NCBI RefSeq assembly: GCF_009914755.1
Contig: NC_060931.1
Direction: 5' to 3' (one strand)
Source of the DNA: the human T2T-CHM13v2.0 reference genome, Homo sapiens
Length of the DNA stretch: 64,000 nt
The notes beneath the pieces are model-generated. The model was not told the origin of the DNA. It saw only the letters and a program-made list of their open reading frames with translations, and searched no databases. The stretch's first letter is position 1, and the number at the start of each line of letters is the position of its first letter. The position numbers and the translations under genes are program-made. Positions 15,227-29,364 of this stretch are shown in pieces.

Positions 15227-15386
15227 ATATTTGAATGGTGGTATTTTCGCAAATACGGAACTTCATTCATTGAACAAGTCTCAGTAAGCCACTTGCGCCC
15301 CCTTCTGGGAGGGGTTGACAACAACTCTTCCAACAATTCTAATTCCAGTAACGGGGACTCAGATTCCAATAGGCAAAGTGTCTCAG
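15227..15386 (+). CDS. ST7: ST7 coding exon 3 (160 nt, phase 0 to 1): [53 protein letters not shown](E)
   Basis: Acceptor tatttttctgttctag|ATA and donor TCAG|gtatgg. The translation matches the ST7 protein as I recall it, and the frame joins the next exon. Confidence 0.96.
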
Positions 15387-15601
15387 GTATGGAATTTCCT
15401 TCAGTTTGCAATATTATTTGCTTACTGTTACTAAATTATTATTGTTACTCATACTAAGAGATTAAGAATGTTGTTATTTAAACATTAGGCTTCAGAGAAA
15501 AATGCAGATCATTTTCCCATGGAGTTGACAACCTGTATCAGAGAGGGAGGGTATAAACATCCTAGGGAAAGGAAATGCTTATCTTATTAATTTTACCCTC
15601 C

Positions 15602-15895
15602 TTTTTTTTTTTATGTGAGAGTCTTGCTCTGTCACCCAGGCTGGAGTGCAGTGGCATGATCTTGGCTCACTGCAGTCTTCACCTCTTATGCTCGGGTGAT
15701 CCTCCTACCTCTCAGCCTAGCAAGTAGCTGAGACCACAGGTGTGCACCACCATGCCTGGCTAATTTTTGTATCTTTTGTAGAGTGGGCTTTCGCTATGTT
15801 GTCTAGACTGGTCTCAAACTCCTGGGCTCAAGTAATCTGCCCGCCTTGGCCTCCCAAAGTGCTGGGACTACGGGTGTGAGCCACTGTGCCGAGCT
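15602..15895 (-). mobile_element. AluJ, 215 nt downstream of exon 3
   Basis: Poly-T followed by Alu consensus with J-type ctcctgggctcaag. Confidence 0.92.
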
Positions 15896-16019
15896 AATGT
15901 TATTTTTTCCCATTTGACTTAACCAATGGTCATTTAGGTCAGTGTTCCCAACCTGATGCTATAGCTTCCTTGTCCATAGTTTCTCAGACCACAGTGAATA
16001 GATTCATTTTCTTCTATGA

Positions 16020-16460
16020 TAATTGCAGAATCTTGTGTCTAACTAGATCTGATCACATCACTCCTCTGCTTAAAAGGTATCATTGGTTCCCATTCCACTG
16101 AAGATAAGGCCCAGGTTCCAGATTCCTTAGCACAGCATGAGCTGCTTGGCAACTTTGGCTTCTGTCACAATCCAGTCCCTTTCCCATATGTCCTGTTTTC
16201 TAGTCACATGAAGCCAGTTTTTATTTCTTGAACATGCCATGTTTCTCATGACGCTCTGCCTACAAGTCTCCCTTTTCCCTTATTCATCCATCCAAATCAC
16301 TATCCAAATCAAATGTCACCTCCTGGGAAGCCTTCTCTGATAGTCTGTACACTATCTCTCTACTTCTGTTAATCTTTAATATTTTTACCTTTAGCAACAC
16401 ATCAAATTACATTGTAATTTTTAAGGTATGGCTTTATTGTAGTATCTCTAGCATCTTGCA
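16020..16460 (+). mobile_element. L2 3' fragment
   Basis: gatcacatcactcctctgcttaaaa...aaatgtcacctcctgggaagccttctctga. Confidence 0.55.
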
Positions 16461-19400
16461 GTGTCTACTATTTCTTTGAAACAAAGCTGCTGTTACAGCA
16501 CTAAGAATAGCATCAACATTTATATAAAGAATAAGGCTTAATCAAGGCATCCACTAAGAGAGACAGCAAAATAACAGGGACAATGGGAAGGGTATGAACT
16601 CTTCATTGCATTGAGAAATGATATCAAGAGATTTAGATCAAGTAGAGAGAGAAGGGAAACTTCAATGAAAATATAAATGTATTCACTATAAAAAATGATC
16701 TCTAATGAGGATGGTTTCTGTTTTCAATTTGTTAATTTTCTACAATGTTCTTTGTCATTCAAAGGCTATAGTGACTCAAGTCAGACAAGAGCACAATTAA
16801 TCTGTGGGATATTCACAGCACCTGCAAAGTGGTAGCAGTTATCCACCACTGCTCATGCCTGGTGACTGAATGATCAAGATTCCTCATTAGAATAATAAAC
16901 AGCATTTATTATACTAGCTGGATAAAGTAATGTTTTGCTTTGGTGAGGTCTCTTTTCCTTTCAGAGAGTGGATGAGTTTACAAAGTCTCAGACAATTTTG
17001 TTACCTGGCTGAGCAATGCCATCTTTTATATGTGTACCCTTTAGGATAAAATAAATTGTGCCAAGAGGTGTCCAGTACTACTCATAGCTGGCTGGCAGAG
17101 TCTATTAAAAGAGTATTGACTTAAAATCTGGAACAAAATTTATGTATACACTAATCCTTGATAATTATAACCTGGTTAGACAGTTATGAAATGTGGATGG
17201 GTTATTCTAGAGAGGAAGAAAAAAACCTAATGTGGCTTTTTAAATTTCTTCTTTATCCTTCATGTTTTAGAACTGGTGGCTCTCTCCTTAAAGGGGCAAA
17301 CTACTTTTCCCAGCTTAGGTCAGGATCTCCTCCTTTGTTTTCCTTAGATTTGTATGTTTTCCTCATGCAACCAGAGCACTTACCACTTTGTCTCCTTCAA
17401 TAGACAGAGTTTTCCATGGGGATAAGAACTTTGCCTTTAAAAAAATCATATTCTTAAAAACCTATACAAGACCAGGTTCATAAGAAGTACTTAGAAAATG
17501 TTTACTGAGGTGACAAAGAGACTGAGCTAGGAAATTCTTCCCACCTGTTTTATAAGAGGAGAAAGTACAGGCCTTGCATGCACTCATGCATTGATTCATT
17601 GAGTTTCAAAGAAATAGGATGCTACAAGAAGCTAGAAATAAAGCCGTGCCTTAAAAATTATAATGCAATTTTGTAAGTGTTGCTAAAGGTAAAAATATTA
17701 AAGATTAATGGAAGTAGAGAGATAGTGTACAGACTATCAGAGAAGGCTTCCCAGGAGGTGACATTTGATTTGGATAGTGATTTGGATGGATGAATAAGGG
17801 AAAAGGGAGACTTGTAGGCAGAGCATCATGAGAAACATGGCATGTTCGAGAAATAAAAATTGGCTTCATGTGACTAGAAAACAGGACATATGGGAAAGGG
17901 ACTGGATTGTGACAGAAGCCAAAGTTGCCAAGTAGCTCATGCTGTGCTAAGGAATCTGGAACCTGGGCCTTATCTTCAGTGGAATGGGAACCAATGATAC
18001 TTTTTAAACAGAGGAGTGATGTGATCAGATCTAGTTAGACACAAGGTTCTGCAATTATCATGGAAGAAATGAATTCATTCACTGAGGATAACCTGTGGAA
18101 ATTCTCACTTTTGTTTGTATTTTTTACTTGGCTAAGACTGAGCTTTTGGATATTATTACTAGTTCAATGATAATATTATCTACCAGTATTCATTTAATAT
18201 TAACATCTACTAGTATTTACTGAGTGCCTACTATGCATTCTATATTTCCATTCATTTCTTGTATAATAGATAACAGCATTTATTTTCTGGTATCATAACA
18301 GTGTTCAAATAGTTATCCTTAGAAAAATGGAAATTAACTTGTCTTAAGTATATTTAGGTCTCCATCTGCCCACTTCTTGACATTTGGGCTTCTGATATTT
18401 GGCTGACTCAGCTAAACAAACATGTATGCTAGTTTGGAAGTGCCAGATACCACTGGAATAATACCATTGCTGTTTCTGTTTTTTTGTGGTGATTTTGATT
18501 TTTGAATAAGAAAAATACTAAAAGGGTACATTAGGTACATTGTCTGAATTTATCTCTACTTTTAATCACTTTCTATTTCATAGTCTCATTTCAAATGCTA
18601 AGTATCAAGAAGGTCCAAAGCTGAGGGTTATCAGTGTATTTTCTTAAACTTGTTTACAAATTCCCATTGCCTTCATAATAATAAAATGACTATTGCCTTA
18701 ATAACAGAAGGGTGAATCTATTGATTTTCTTGGAGCATCATAAGATGGCCCTTTGCTGAATTGTACATGAAATATAACATGGCTCACAAAGTCTCATGGA
18801 TGTTGGCAAAGGCAGTGTAATGGTATTTTATTGATTATTTGAGAAAATCATTGAAAAAAGTAAGAATAAAGGGGAAATATCAGTTATAAACATTGTTCTA
18901 TATGAAAATTCAGTGTAGCTCTTTCCTTAAGGAATAATTTGTTTTGAATAAAAGCTGAAAAACATGGCCTACCTAAGAACGACTTGGGATGGGGGTGGTG
19001 GAGTGAGGAGTGAGAAAGGTTGTTATGGTTACAGGCAGATTGTGCATATATTTTTAAACTTCTGGATTTGTACAAAGTGGCCTGAATGCAGACTTGCTCA
19101 CAATTTGCAGTGATCTTTATCTGCGGGCCAGTGGAGAAATGTAGTTAATTATACAGTTTCTTACTTCAAACTTCAGATTGTTTGGCTGAAGTTAGCATTT
19201 GTGTCCATTCCACTGGTTTTGCTTTATTTGGGAGCTAAACTGCTGTTTTCCTCTCAGATATGCAGTTTCTGATAAACCCTGCTGATATATTCTGCCACAT
19301 CACCATGTTTCTCACTACCATTTCTTAATTCAGCTTAGTTTATGAGCTGATGATAAATAGGCATTTAAAAGGGCCCAGTAACATTCTGAATTTGAGTTTA

Positions 19401-19919
19401 TAGGAACATCTGTTTGATAATTTGCCTTGTTCTCAAATAAGATGCCATAAAGACAAAGGTTTGCAGTGTTTACCTTCTTCAGGATAATGGGAAAAGTGGA
19501 GAGTGCTCTGTCACATGAAAAATATCCCTGCCAAAGTCAAGTTTAAATTCTCTGAGATACTTTAATAGCCTCTTGCATAGAATTGGATCTTTAAACAAAC
19601 TGGATAGTCACTTGGCTTCCTGTCACGAATCATCTCCTTTTAATCTTCATAAGTATATATGTATATTCCAAATTCTAAATAATTTTAATAATTCTATATA
19701 AATGTATATATTCTAAATTCTGAATTAAATTTTATTACATGGCCAGAAGCAATTTAAGTGCTGATTAAATTCAGATCATAAAGAAAAACAATGGCGATGT
19801 AGAAATTTAGGTAGAGTAAAAAAAATATATTCAAGACCTTCGTCGGTCCCAAATTTTCATAGCACTAGAACAAATAATTTTATCGATAAGAAGCCATTTG
19901 GTTCCAATAATAATAACTA

Positions 19920-20470
19920 ACACTCTTAGTGTCTGCTATCAGCTTTATATGATATTGTCTCTTGTAATCCTCACAATAGCCCCAGGAAGCAGATATTATT
20001 ATTATCTCTCTTTTATAGTTAAGGGAGCTGAGGTATAGCAAGGTGAAGTAATCTGTCCAGGGTCACATGGCGGATAACCTGGGTAGTCTTACTTCACAAT
20101 CCAAGTTCTTAAGCACTTTAAAAAATTGAATTGACCTTGTCCAGAACCTCTATGAGGTGTATAAACCAAGATTAACATAATTATTAAGCAATTAAAATAA
20201 TAATTTTAGTAAAATTCTGTACTGCAGTGGATGACATTATTTCTGAAGTGACATTAACCTAACTTACTGTAGGAACAGTTCAGTGGCAGGATTGCCAGTG
20301 GTTGACAGCTCGGGCTCTGGGGTCAGACAGATGTGGTCCTAATCTTCTGTGTGTGACCTTGGGCAAGTTGTTTAACTTTGCTATGTCTTAGTATCTTAAT
20401 CTGCAAACATGGGAATAGCAGTAATGTCTACTGCATAAAGTCATTTCAGCATTAAATGAGGTCATGTGGA
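19920..20470. mobile_element. Two MIR fragments in opposite orientation (~19920-20110 and ~20290-20470)
   Basis: aatcctcacaatagccc...ctgaggtatagcaaggtgaagtaatctgtccagggtcac and tgtgaccttgggcaagttgtttaac. Confidence 0.6.
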
Positions 20471-23424
20471 AATGTCAGGTCAGAGGACAGCCATTTGGCA
20501 GTGTGCCCAGATGAGCTGATTTCTCTACAAATACGACTGTGGAGAATGGCAGTCACTTGGAGGTATGGCTTTGTGGTCAGCCGGGCTTACTCACTAGCTG
20601 AGTGACTCTTTATATCCAGGCCATTCAGTGCTTTCATTTCAAATATATCCCTCAGCAAAACTGCAAAATGCTACATGTCAAGGACCTTTCGGGCTGCTCT
20701 CTAATAGTCTTAATGAGGGTAAACTCACCAAAATCTAATGGATGTGTTGAAAGTGATTATCTTAGCCAGTGTTTTTCACATCTTTTTAAAATCCTTTGAC
20801 ACTAAAATTTGTGCTCTAGTACAAATTAGGTCTCCAGTTAAATGATGATAATACCTAAAATAGTTTTAGTAGCTAGTGAACACTTACTTAGTAAAGTTAT
20901 TTCATAATTTCCACATTATTTGGTAGGGTTGGTTGACTTAGGTGAAAAATGACCAATGAGAAGTGCATGACAGATGCTGTTACAGATTTAACCATCTCGA
21001 CAGTATTCTTGAAGAAAGTGGTACATTATCTTGAATAGGAGGCCAAAATAATGGTCTTAAAATTCACATTTACTTATATCTTTTGTTATTTCATAAAGAA
21101 TTTGAGATAGTAACATATTTGTTGAATTGAAAGCTACCTACATATTTTTGTGCCTTTACTTCTAATCATTGTTTCAAAATAACATTTTGAAGTTATGAAA
21201 CAGTTAAAGCTTAATTATTTAAGAATATGGATATTTTTACTAATAATGATTGCTTTAAATTGATCTGAATAATGTAGAGAATTGGGTATTCATTTCTGAG
21301 ATATCAAAGCTAATAAACATATGCACAATCACTTGTCAGAAATTGACTGGCTTGGGGTTAATTTTATAATACAAGCCAATGAAACTTTAGCTAGCACCCT
21401 TTTCTGTTGTACTTTGAAACTAAAGTGTTTAAAAGTGTTAAAAAGTTCCTAATGTTTTTCCAGGGGAGTTTTTAAAAATTGTTTCTTTAGTGAAAAATCT
21501 AACTGATGGATTCACAATATTTCCAAAATATGATGTTGCAGGGTTTAACAGGTTTGTTGCATGTAATGGATAAGAGTCGGGCAGTCTGGACACCAGGCCT
21601 TAATCTCATTTACCATAGACCTTAGGGAAATTAGCTTTTCTGTACTTTTTACTTATGTAAAAAGGGTGTAATATATACCCCTAACTAATGTATGTAAGGA
21701 ATGTAGATAAATCGAGCTTTAAGCCCCTTTACAGAAAGGATCCATGAAAATCAAGCTCATAGCAACAACAAAAGTTGCTGCTACTACTGTTTGTAATAAC
21801 ATTGTCATGCTTATCCATACTTTAGATTCTGGGAAGATGTGGTAACTTTTTAGTATAAGAAACCCTTCTGGGCCTTGAATTAGCAATTTATAATTTTTGA
21901 AGTCCCCATGACTAGGGATTTTCTATCTTTTTTTTAATTTTAGAAAAAAGTTTTCAGAGTTAAATTGGGTGTAGAATAATATTTTCTTTCTGTGTGATTA
22001 AAAGCTCTGTGACTATAGAGCCTTTTTTTTGTTTGTTTTATGAGAATTGAGTTCTCTTCTCTTGAGTATTGTGACAAAGGGAAAAGTCTGTGGTTCTCTC
22101 AGAATATTTATTCCCTCTGTAGAGCTTCTTCAGGTGGGTGCCAGTTAGTTCAATACCCTTTTCACTTTTCTGCCAAGGCTAAATGTTCCTCTAAGACATA
22201 AGCTATTATCTTTTTTTGTAACCCATGGCCTAATTGAGAGATTAATGCATAATTACCCACTCAATACATGTTTAAACCACACAGTCTTATGAGTGATGGG
22301 GTGGGCATTGCAGAAGAGTAGAAGAGTATGAAAAGACATGAAATAAATAAGTATGATTGTGATGGAAGGTTTTAGTAGGGAATAGTGAGAGGGAGGGCTG
22401 AAAAAAAAGGATTAGAGCTTGCTTTTAGAAGTACTTAGCTGTAGATAGTAAACATTATTCTTTAGGTTCTTTGTCTCTCACAAAGAAGCTTGTAATGATC
22501 TCATTATGACAAAGTAGGGAATCTCTTCCGCAGACTTTGGGAACTAAGCAAGTGCTATTCAATATTTGCTGCTGCCCTTTTTCTTGAATTTCATTCTTGC
22601 ATGTGTGCTAAGGATGGAACATTTCTGTCAGCACTTGTGAGTAGAGACTGCACTGTGAATTGCTGCATATGGAACTATAGAGAGCATGTTTGTTGTATCA
22701 AGGGTATATTTTTAACTATATTATTATTGATATTAGCAAGTTCATGATGAAGTCCCAATCAACTTCTAGTGCATCTTGAGGGCATTAAAATTGTTGATGT
22801 TAATGGAGAATGGAAAATTCCTTTTTGGAGGTAAAATTTTAAATCTGATTTGAAATAAGGAATTTATTCCTTAAAGGAACACATAAGAAACTCTTACCCT
22901 CTAGAGATCTAAGTACTTCCTGACTTAAATCTTCATATTCTAATATGCTTGGCATTTACATCCTTTGTCTCTATCACTAAACCATCACATAGCCTGATAT
23001 TTATGAGGTATGTTACCTAGAGTGATTCTAGATTGAGTTTTTGCAGACAAGATAAGATTATGGAACAGAGGGACAAAGAAGAAATTAACATAGCTGTGGC
23101 CTAATTTTAAAGCACAACTTTGACATGTGCTCATGTGTGACCTCTAGGTTGCTTGTTTCTTAAAATAAAAATATACCTGTCTTGCACCTTCAATTTAAAG
23201 GGCATAACTAATGAAGACATTTCTTAGATACTTCTTCATTACATGTTTTATTCTCACTTAGAACAGTTTACATCTGTTACAATTACTTAGATCCTTTTTT
23301 CTAAGTTTTAGGGATAGTTAAACTGAATGCAGCACACATATATGACACCAATGTTAACACAGATTTCTTTTTAAGCTCAGTTCTCTAATGGAAGTCATAA
23401 AAGCAATATTTCACAATGTTTGCT

Positions 23425-23438
23425 GCACCCCCTGCTGG
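23425..23438 (-). promoter_or_regulatory. Candidate CTCF site
   Basis: The minus strand reads CCAGCAGGGGGTGC, one mismatch from the core CCASYAGRKGGCRS, in unique AT-rich intron sequence. Confidence 0.5.
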
Positions 23439-25458
23439 CTGTATTGTGACACTTCTTAAATAAAGAGCATCTTTAGATACTGCTCAGTGAATACTTTAGG
23501 TATATACATGATTTATCTTTGGAGTTATTTTTTGTTTAGAAATAATTTCAATTGCATCTGATATATAATAGAGTCGAAATTTTAATTGAAAACAGTTTTC
23601 TTTGTGATTTGTCAATTGATGTTTAAACAGTGTTTATCCTTCCAGGTAGTATGATGATGTATTTGTTGGAGACAAAATATTTGCCCTAGCCTTTTTACTA
23701 ATATTTCAGATGAGATTCTGTGGAGGAGAAGCATCTCCCCAAATGTCCTTGTTTTATAGTAAATAATTCTACCACGAGGATCCTTATCCATAAATCTATA
23801 TTCATGTTTATTTTGTGCTAGATACAGATCTTGCAATATTCATGAAGCTTTAAGAAGAGCACTTTGAATCTTAAAAGAGATTCTCTGAGCAGGGGTTGGC
23901 AGTGGTGAGGTCCAGGTAGTTATAATAGCCATAAGAGCAGGGATTATGGTTATTGAGCTCACCAGTGTGTTTCAAGCCATGATCTGGAGTCAAGGTGTTA
24001 GTGATTCCTCTAAGGGGAGAAAAAATAATTACAGGAAGCATAATTTTGTAGTTAATGCCATATGAAGTGACAGCCATCAAATCTCAGTTTCACAAGAACA
24101 AAATTCAGAGATGCTAAATTAAGTGGACAAAGATCATTTTCTAAATGGCAAGTTAAGCTAAGTGACAAAAAATTTAGGGCCATTATTTATAAATATTGTG
24201 TAAATTTTAAGTGGGATCCTGCCCTAATTTAGAAATAAGTACATCTTCTTTAAATGAAAACACGTATTCCTGTTATGTGTATATCCTTTACTATTTTAAC
24301 AAATATTTGTTGAGATTACACACATGTTCCCAGAGTGCTTTGTGTTCTCCATTATCACACTGTGTTGAAATTGATGGTTTACTTATTTCCTCCAGTGGGT
24401 GCTCAAATTAATGCTCAGTGGATGGATGGATGTTGAATGTACAGGACTGAGGGTAGGATCCTAATGAATCACCACGTGGCCTTCAATGTCCTTTGGATTT
24501 CTGCAATAATTGCTCACTTTTTTGTACATATGTTGTTGGATGTGGTTTTTGCTGGTTGCACACGCACATAGATGTTTTGAATACTATTAACTGATTTTTT
24601 TATAATAAAATCTTATTCATCCAAAATCTAGTATTCTGAATCAGTAGAAAGTCTTAATCATAGACTGTTTTAAAAGAATTGTAGTTTATTAGTCATATGC
24701 TTACCATTATAACACAGTCTTAAAGTTAATGCTTGGCTTTTCTAAGTTAAAGTCCTTTTGTTCTAAATTTCTGTGGTCCTGGTATAATAAAGAGGTATGA
24801 CCTATTAGGATGTGCTAACATGATGATATTAGTATGATGATTAGTATATGTATCTGTGCAAGTAAATGATATTAAAATGCTTTGAGACAATTTCTTTTAA
24901 TTGCATTTCTTCCTACAATATGGTAATCTTATTAATTTTCTTATTCCTTTCCTGTAAGGCAAAAGCAAACTGGTAAATTATCATAAAATCACTGTTAGCA
25001 TGAACCCAAATTAAGACTATAAGGCTGTTTGCATATTATACTCTATAGTTTGTCTTGTCATGTACAACGTTATTATGAGGTATGTTTTAGACTGACAGAA
25101 AATAGTTTTACTTCTGCCTATACTTTTATCTATAAGGTTTTAGAAGTAAATTCATAGAATCAGTTTGGACCTCTTGAAATAATTTTAGGAGTTATGAACT
25201 AGCTGATTTTGGCATGCATCTTGATTTGGCAAGTGAGGAAACTCAGGCCCAGAGAGATTAGGCAAAACTTTCCAAAGTCCCGGAGCCTGAGCCACATTTT
25301 GTGATTAACCACCCAGAGTTTTTCCACATTGCTTCCCATGTAAAGGGTAGTGAATAGAATTATCTTATCAAATGGCAGGAAGGGTGTTTTGCTGAATTAA
25401 TTAGCTTGTAGTGTCACTGAACTTACGCGTAACATTTTCATATTTCTCTTTGTTGCAG

Positions 25459-25513
25459 AATGCAAAGTATGGCGAAATCCACTAAATTTATTTAGGGGTG
25501 CTGAATACAATCG
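25459..25513 (+). CDS. ST7: ST7 coding exon 4 (55 nt): (E)[17 protein letters not shown](R)
   Basis: Acceptor tatttctctttgttgcag| and donor CG|gtaagc. Phases 1 to 2 fit both neighbours. Confidence 0.96.
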
Positions 25514-26156
25514 GTAAGCATTTTGACAGCTTGGGAAACAAATGGGTCTGGTTCAGAGAGCAAAGACAGCAGCAAATGTTTTTGCTGGTTCATTTAGGGG
25601 TCATTGTAACAGTCTATGTAGTGCGTCCATTTTTTAATACTATCTTCAAATGTTTTGATTTTTCTGTTTTATAAATATTTTAGCACTAGATTTGGGATAA
25701 TGTACAAAAATGTGTAGTTTTTAGAGTTTTTGTATTAACAGTTATTCTTTTCAATATATACTATACATTGAAAACATTTTGAAGCTTACCTGGAATATGG
25801 TTATAGAGATGTCGCAGAAGTTATGTTGGAATTTAGTTTAGCAAAGTAATTAGGCAAATTAGAATTTTCATAGCTTTAGGAAAGTGTCTATTCATAATAT
25901 GAATTAGGGAAGGTTTTCATTAGCAAGGGCTAGTAAATTTTAAGACAAAAACACAGGAGAAAATGTTTATTTCTTTTGACTGATATAATTCCTGAAGGGA
26001 GAATAAGATGATTTTTAAAAATTTTTTTTATTCATTAGCAAAGCTATTTTAGTATTCAGTTAATGGTCTATATTTCAACGCCTCTGCAGCTTAATATTTT
26101 ATAGGTCTTGCTTTTCTCTCTCAAAAGTGTCTAATCATCTTATTTCTCCTTTGCAG

Positions 26157-26272
26157 GTATACTTGGGTGACAGGACGAGAGCCTCTTACTTACTATGACA
26201 TGAATCTCTCTGCCCAAGACCACCAGACATTCTTTACTTGTGACTCGGACCATCTGCGTCCCGCAGATGCAA
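26157..26272 (+). CDS. ST7: ST7 coding exon 5 (116 nt): (R)[38 protein letters not shown](I)
   Basis: Branch-like ctaat, then tatttctcctttgcag|. Donor CAA|gtatga. Frame is continuous. Confidence 0.96.
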
Positions 26273-27550
26273 GTATGAAAAATCCATACATCCTTCTGAA
26301 TGGGAGGGCTTTTTGGCTTAAGTGTCAAGATTTCTGCTTTTAGAATATCCACTCTGTAAAACTCCAATGAATAAAATATTAAATTGTTGATTGACTAATA
26401 AGAACCCAGAACTCTGATAATTAAGTAAACCTTTATCACAATGAAGTATTTATGTTGAAATGAGTCCCCTCATAATAATTTGAATCATGATTTTTAAAAA
26501 TATATCGAAGTTGGTTTTATATATTTTAAAGAAATATGAATCTTATATGAAGCTAATGAAGTTCTTGGTTGAGTTAGCATGAAGGCCTTATCTCCTTTAT
26601 GATATTCAAAGTAGAAATTGGAATTTACTGGATTCAGATGATTAATGAATATATTTTAGTGACTTTTATTTGCCTATTTATAGGTTAACTAGCATCGAAT
26701 GGGGTCATGGCCTTGGCTATTGGAGTCTAGATGTGTGTTCCATCTGAGAAAATACTTTGTTTAGTGTGTATTTTACATTACTTGAGTTTCAGATAATTCA
26801 ACTGAAATTTTTTGTTATAAAATTTATTCAAAGTAAATAGGTGAAAAAATGTTTTTGAAAGGGAACCTCTACACACTCTAAAATAATTTATAAAATACAA
26901 ATTTATAAAATAAATAAGGAGATTGTTACTCCTTTGTAAAATGGTACTCTTTGCTATGGTAGAAACATCATGGTACAGTAAATATTCCCATTGAGCTTCC
27001 CACCATATGTTCAGAAACTGCTCTGATGTATAAAAGCTAGGTTTGCAGGTAAATTTGGGATATAAGTACACATGTTAAGCAAAAGCTTAAGCATTTTTTA
27101 CTGACCCACGCATAATTCTTGAAATGGTTTCAGAATGTTCTAACACCAAGAGTCTGTGTTAAGTGCTTCGGAAAATGACCAATTATGTTGTATCTAAGTG
27201 AATGAAAAGGTTGGTAGCAATGTCATCTCAAAATGCATAAAATATATTCTCCAAGAACAAATGACATTAATGTGCAAAAGACACGCAAAATCTCTGTTAG
27301 AGTGCCTTTTCTTGATTTCCTTAGCCTGTAGTTTTGTGAGCACAAAAAAGGTTTGCTATCAGCAGTTGAAATACTGTGGAATAGCACATTAATACACTAA
27401 TATGACTTTGGAGATTTTGGCCAACCCTCTTAGCAATGAAATATGTTCTTGTAATTTAAGCTGACACTCCTAATTTAGCTCTTGTCCTCTACTGAGTCTA
27501 CCTAATTATATGTATGGATTGACTTGGTGTTTTCTCTTTTTCTTAAATAG

Positions 27551-27626
27551 TAATGCAGAAAGCCTGGAGAGAGAGAAACCCCCAAGCTAGGATTTCTGCA
27601 GCTCATGAAGCCTTGGAGATAAATGA
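27551..27626 (+). CDS. ST7: ST7 coding exon 6 (76 nt): (I)MQKAWRERNPQARISAAHEALEIN(E)
   Basis: Acceptor ttctctttttcttaaatag| and donor TGA|gtaagt. Frame is continuous. Confidence 0.96.
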
Positions 27627-29364
27627 GTAAGTGGGGGAAAATCTTGCTGTTAAAAAGGAAATCTCATCCTTTGCTGAATATATTCAGTTGCCATTGATAG
27701 GATACTTAAATTAAACTGCATTTGAACTGGAGGATTATTTGGGGAGTTATTACTCTATTTAAAAAAGTTTTTTTTTTAAATGAAGGACAGCCACCATGTG
27801 GAGGTGGTTTTAGTCATTTTATGAATTCAATGGCTTTGCTGTGATCCTAAATTAATTTCTTGAAGGGCTATCCCTAGGATATTGTGAGGATATAAAATAA
27901 ATACAATTCTTTACATATCTAAAACATTCTGACAGGGACAATTTTCCAGATGTAGAATGCTCATCTGCACTAGAACATTTTCTAGTAGAACTTCTGCTAG
28001 TGGGGAAAACATGATAACAACATAAGGTTTAAAAAAAAAATTTTAGAAAATACTTCAAGATTAAGACAAAGATAAGAGGAAATGCTGTCTTGAGTGTTGT
28101 TAAACATTCTGTGGGTTACCAAGGAAGGCTGGGAAATCTCTTCTGGAGATCTCAGAAAATGAGAAAGATTCTTAAAGTTGGAGTCATAAAAACTCAGGGT
28201 TGGCAGAGACCTTAAAGGTCACTTAGCTGAACCACCCATCTGGTGCTTGAATCACCTCAACACTATCCTTGCCAAGTGGTCATTGTTAAACTATTTTATG
28301 ATTTTTCTGAAGAAGGTTACAGAATCTTCTTCAGAGATCTTAGGGAAAAAAAAAAAAGATTGTCGTGAGAGTTGAAAATCCTGCCATTGTAACCAGTTGA
28401 TCTACGGTTTCTGATTCTGTCATGCAACATATTTATTTTCCAGTTTCTTGTCATCTACAAATTCGATATGCCTGCCTTCTGTGTGTCATCCATATTTCTG
28501 AGAAAAATATGAAGGCCAGGAATAGAGCCCTGTGACATGACATAGAAACTACCCTCCAGGTTCATGTCTTCATGAATCACCATCTTTTGTATTGTTCACT
28601 CAATTACTAAGCCACCCAGTTACACTGTGACTCAGCTCATATTTCTCCATTTGGATCTTAAGAATGCCAATCGTAGCTGCGGATCTTAAATTTATAGTAA
28701 ATCTATTACAGTAAATTAAGCTAGCACAATCTGATTTATTTATTCTTAGTGAATATAAGCTGGCTTCTAGTCGTCACTACTTTCTTTTTAAAGTGCTTGG
28801 AGACCATTCCTTTAATAATCCATTAGAATATCTTTCCAAATCACTGTGTTCTGTAGTTTGGGAAGTCTGCCTTCTTCCCCTTTTTGAAAATTTATGCTAC
28901 ATTTATCATCTCATCTTCTAGCACCTCTCCATTCTTTGTGATTCCTCAACTATCCACAGAGAGCAATTCCATGGCCTGCCTACAAGGTCTTTCGGTTTCC
29001 TGGGATTTGCCCATCCAGTCCAGTAATTCATTTAGAATGGATCAATTATTTGCTATCTTACATCTTTTTACCCATTTTAGAGTTTAATTTCTTCTCCCTT
29101 TTTCAGTCTGACAGTCATTCTCCTTGATAGAGAAGCCAGGAACAAAATAGGAGGGAGAGAGTTTTGCTTTTTCTTTATTATCTACTGCTTTTAACAATAA
29201 ACCTTCCTTGTTTTGATGTTATTATGTTGTTTGTCTTTTTTTTTTACTTATTTGCCTTTGTGACATGGGGACGGTGATAGGGCCTTAAATATAATTTTAA
29301 AATAGGGAATAAATGGTTGTCTTTAGTATTTTATTTTGTTTTATTATTATTATTATTATTGTTA

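Noticed and set aside
15223-15411. Minus-strand 62-aa ORF over exon 3
   Set aside because: It is the antisense shadow of the N/S-rich coding exon and has no independent support.
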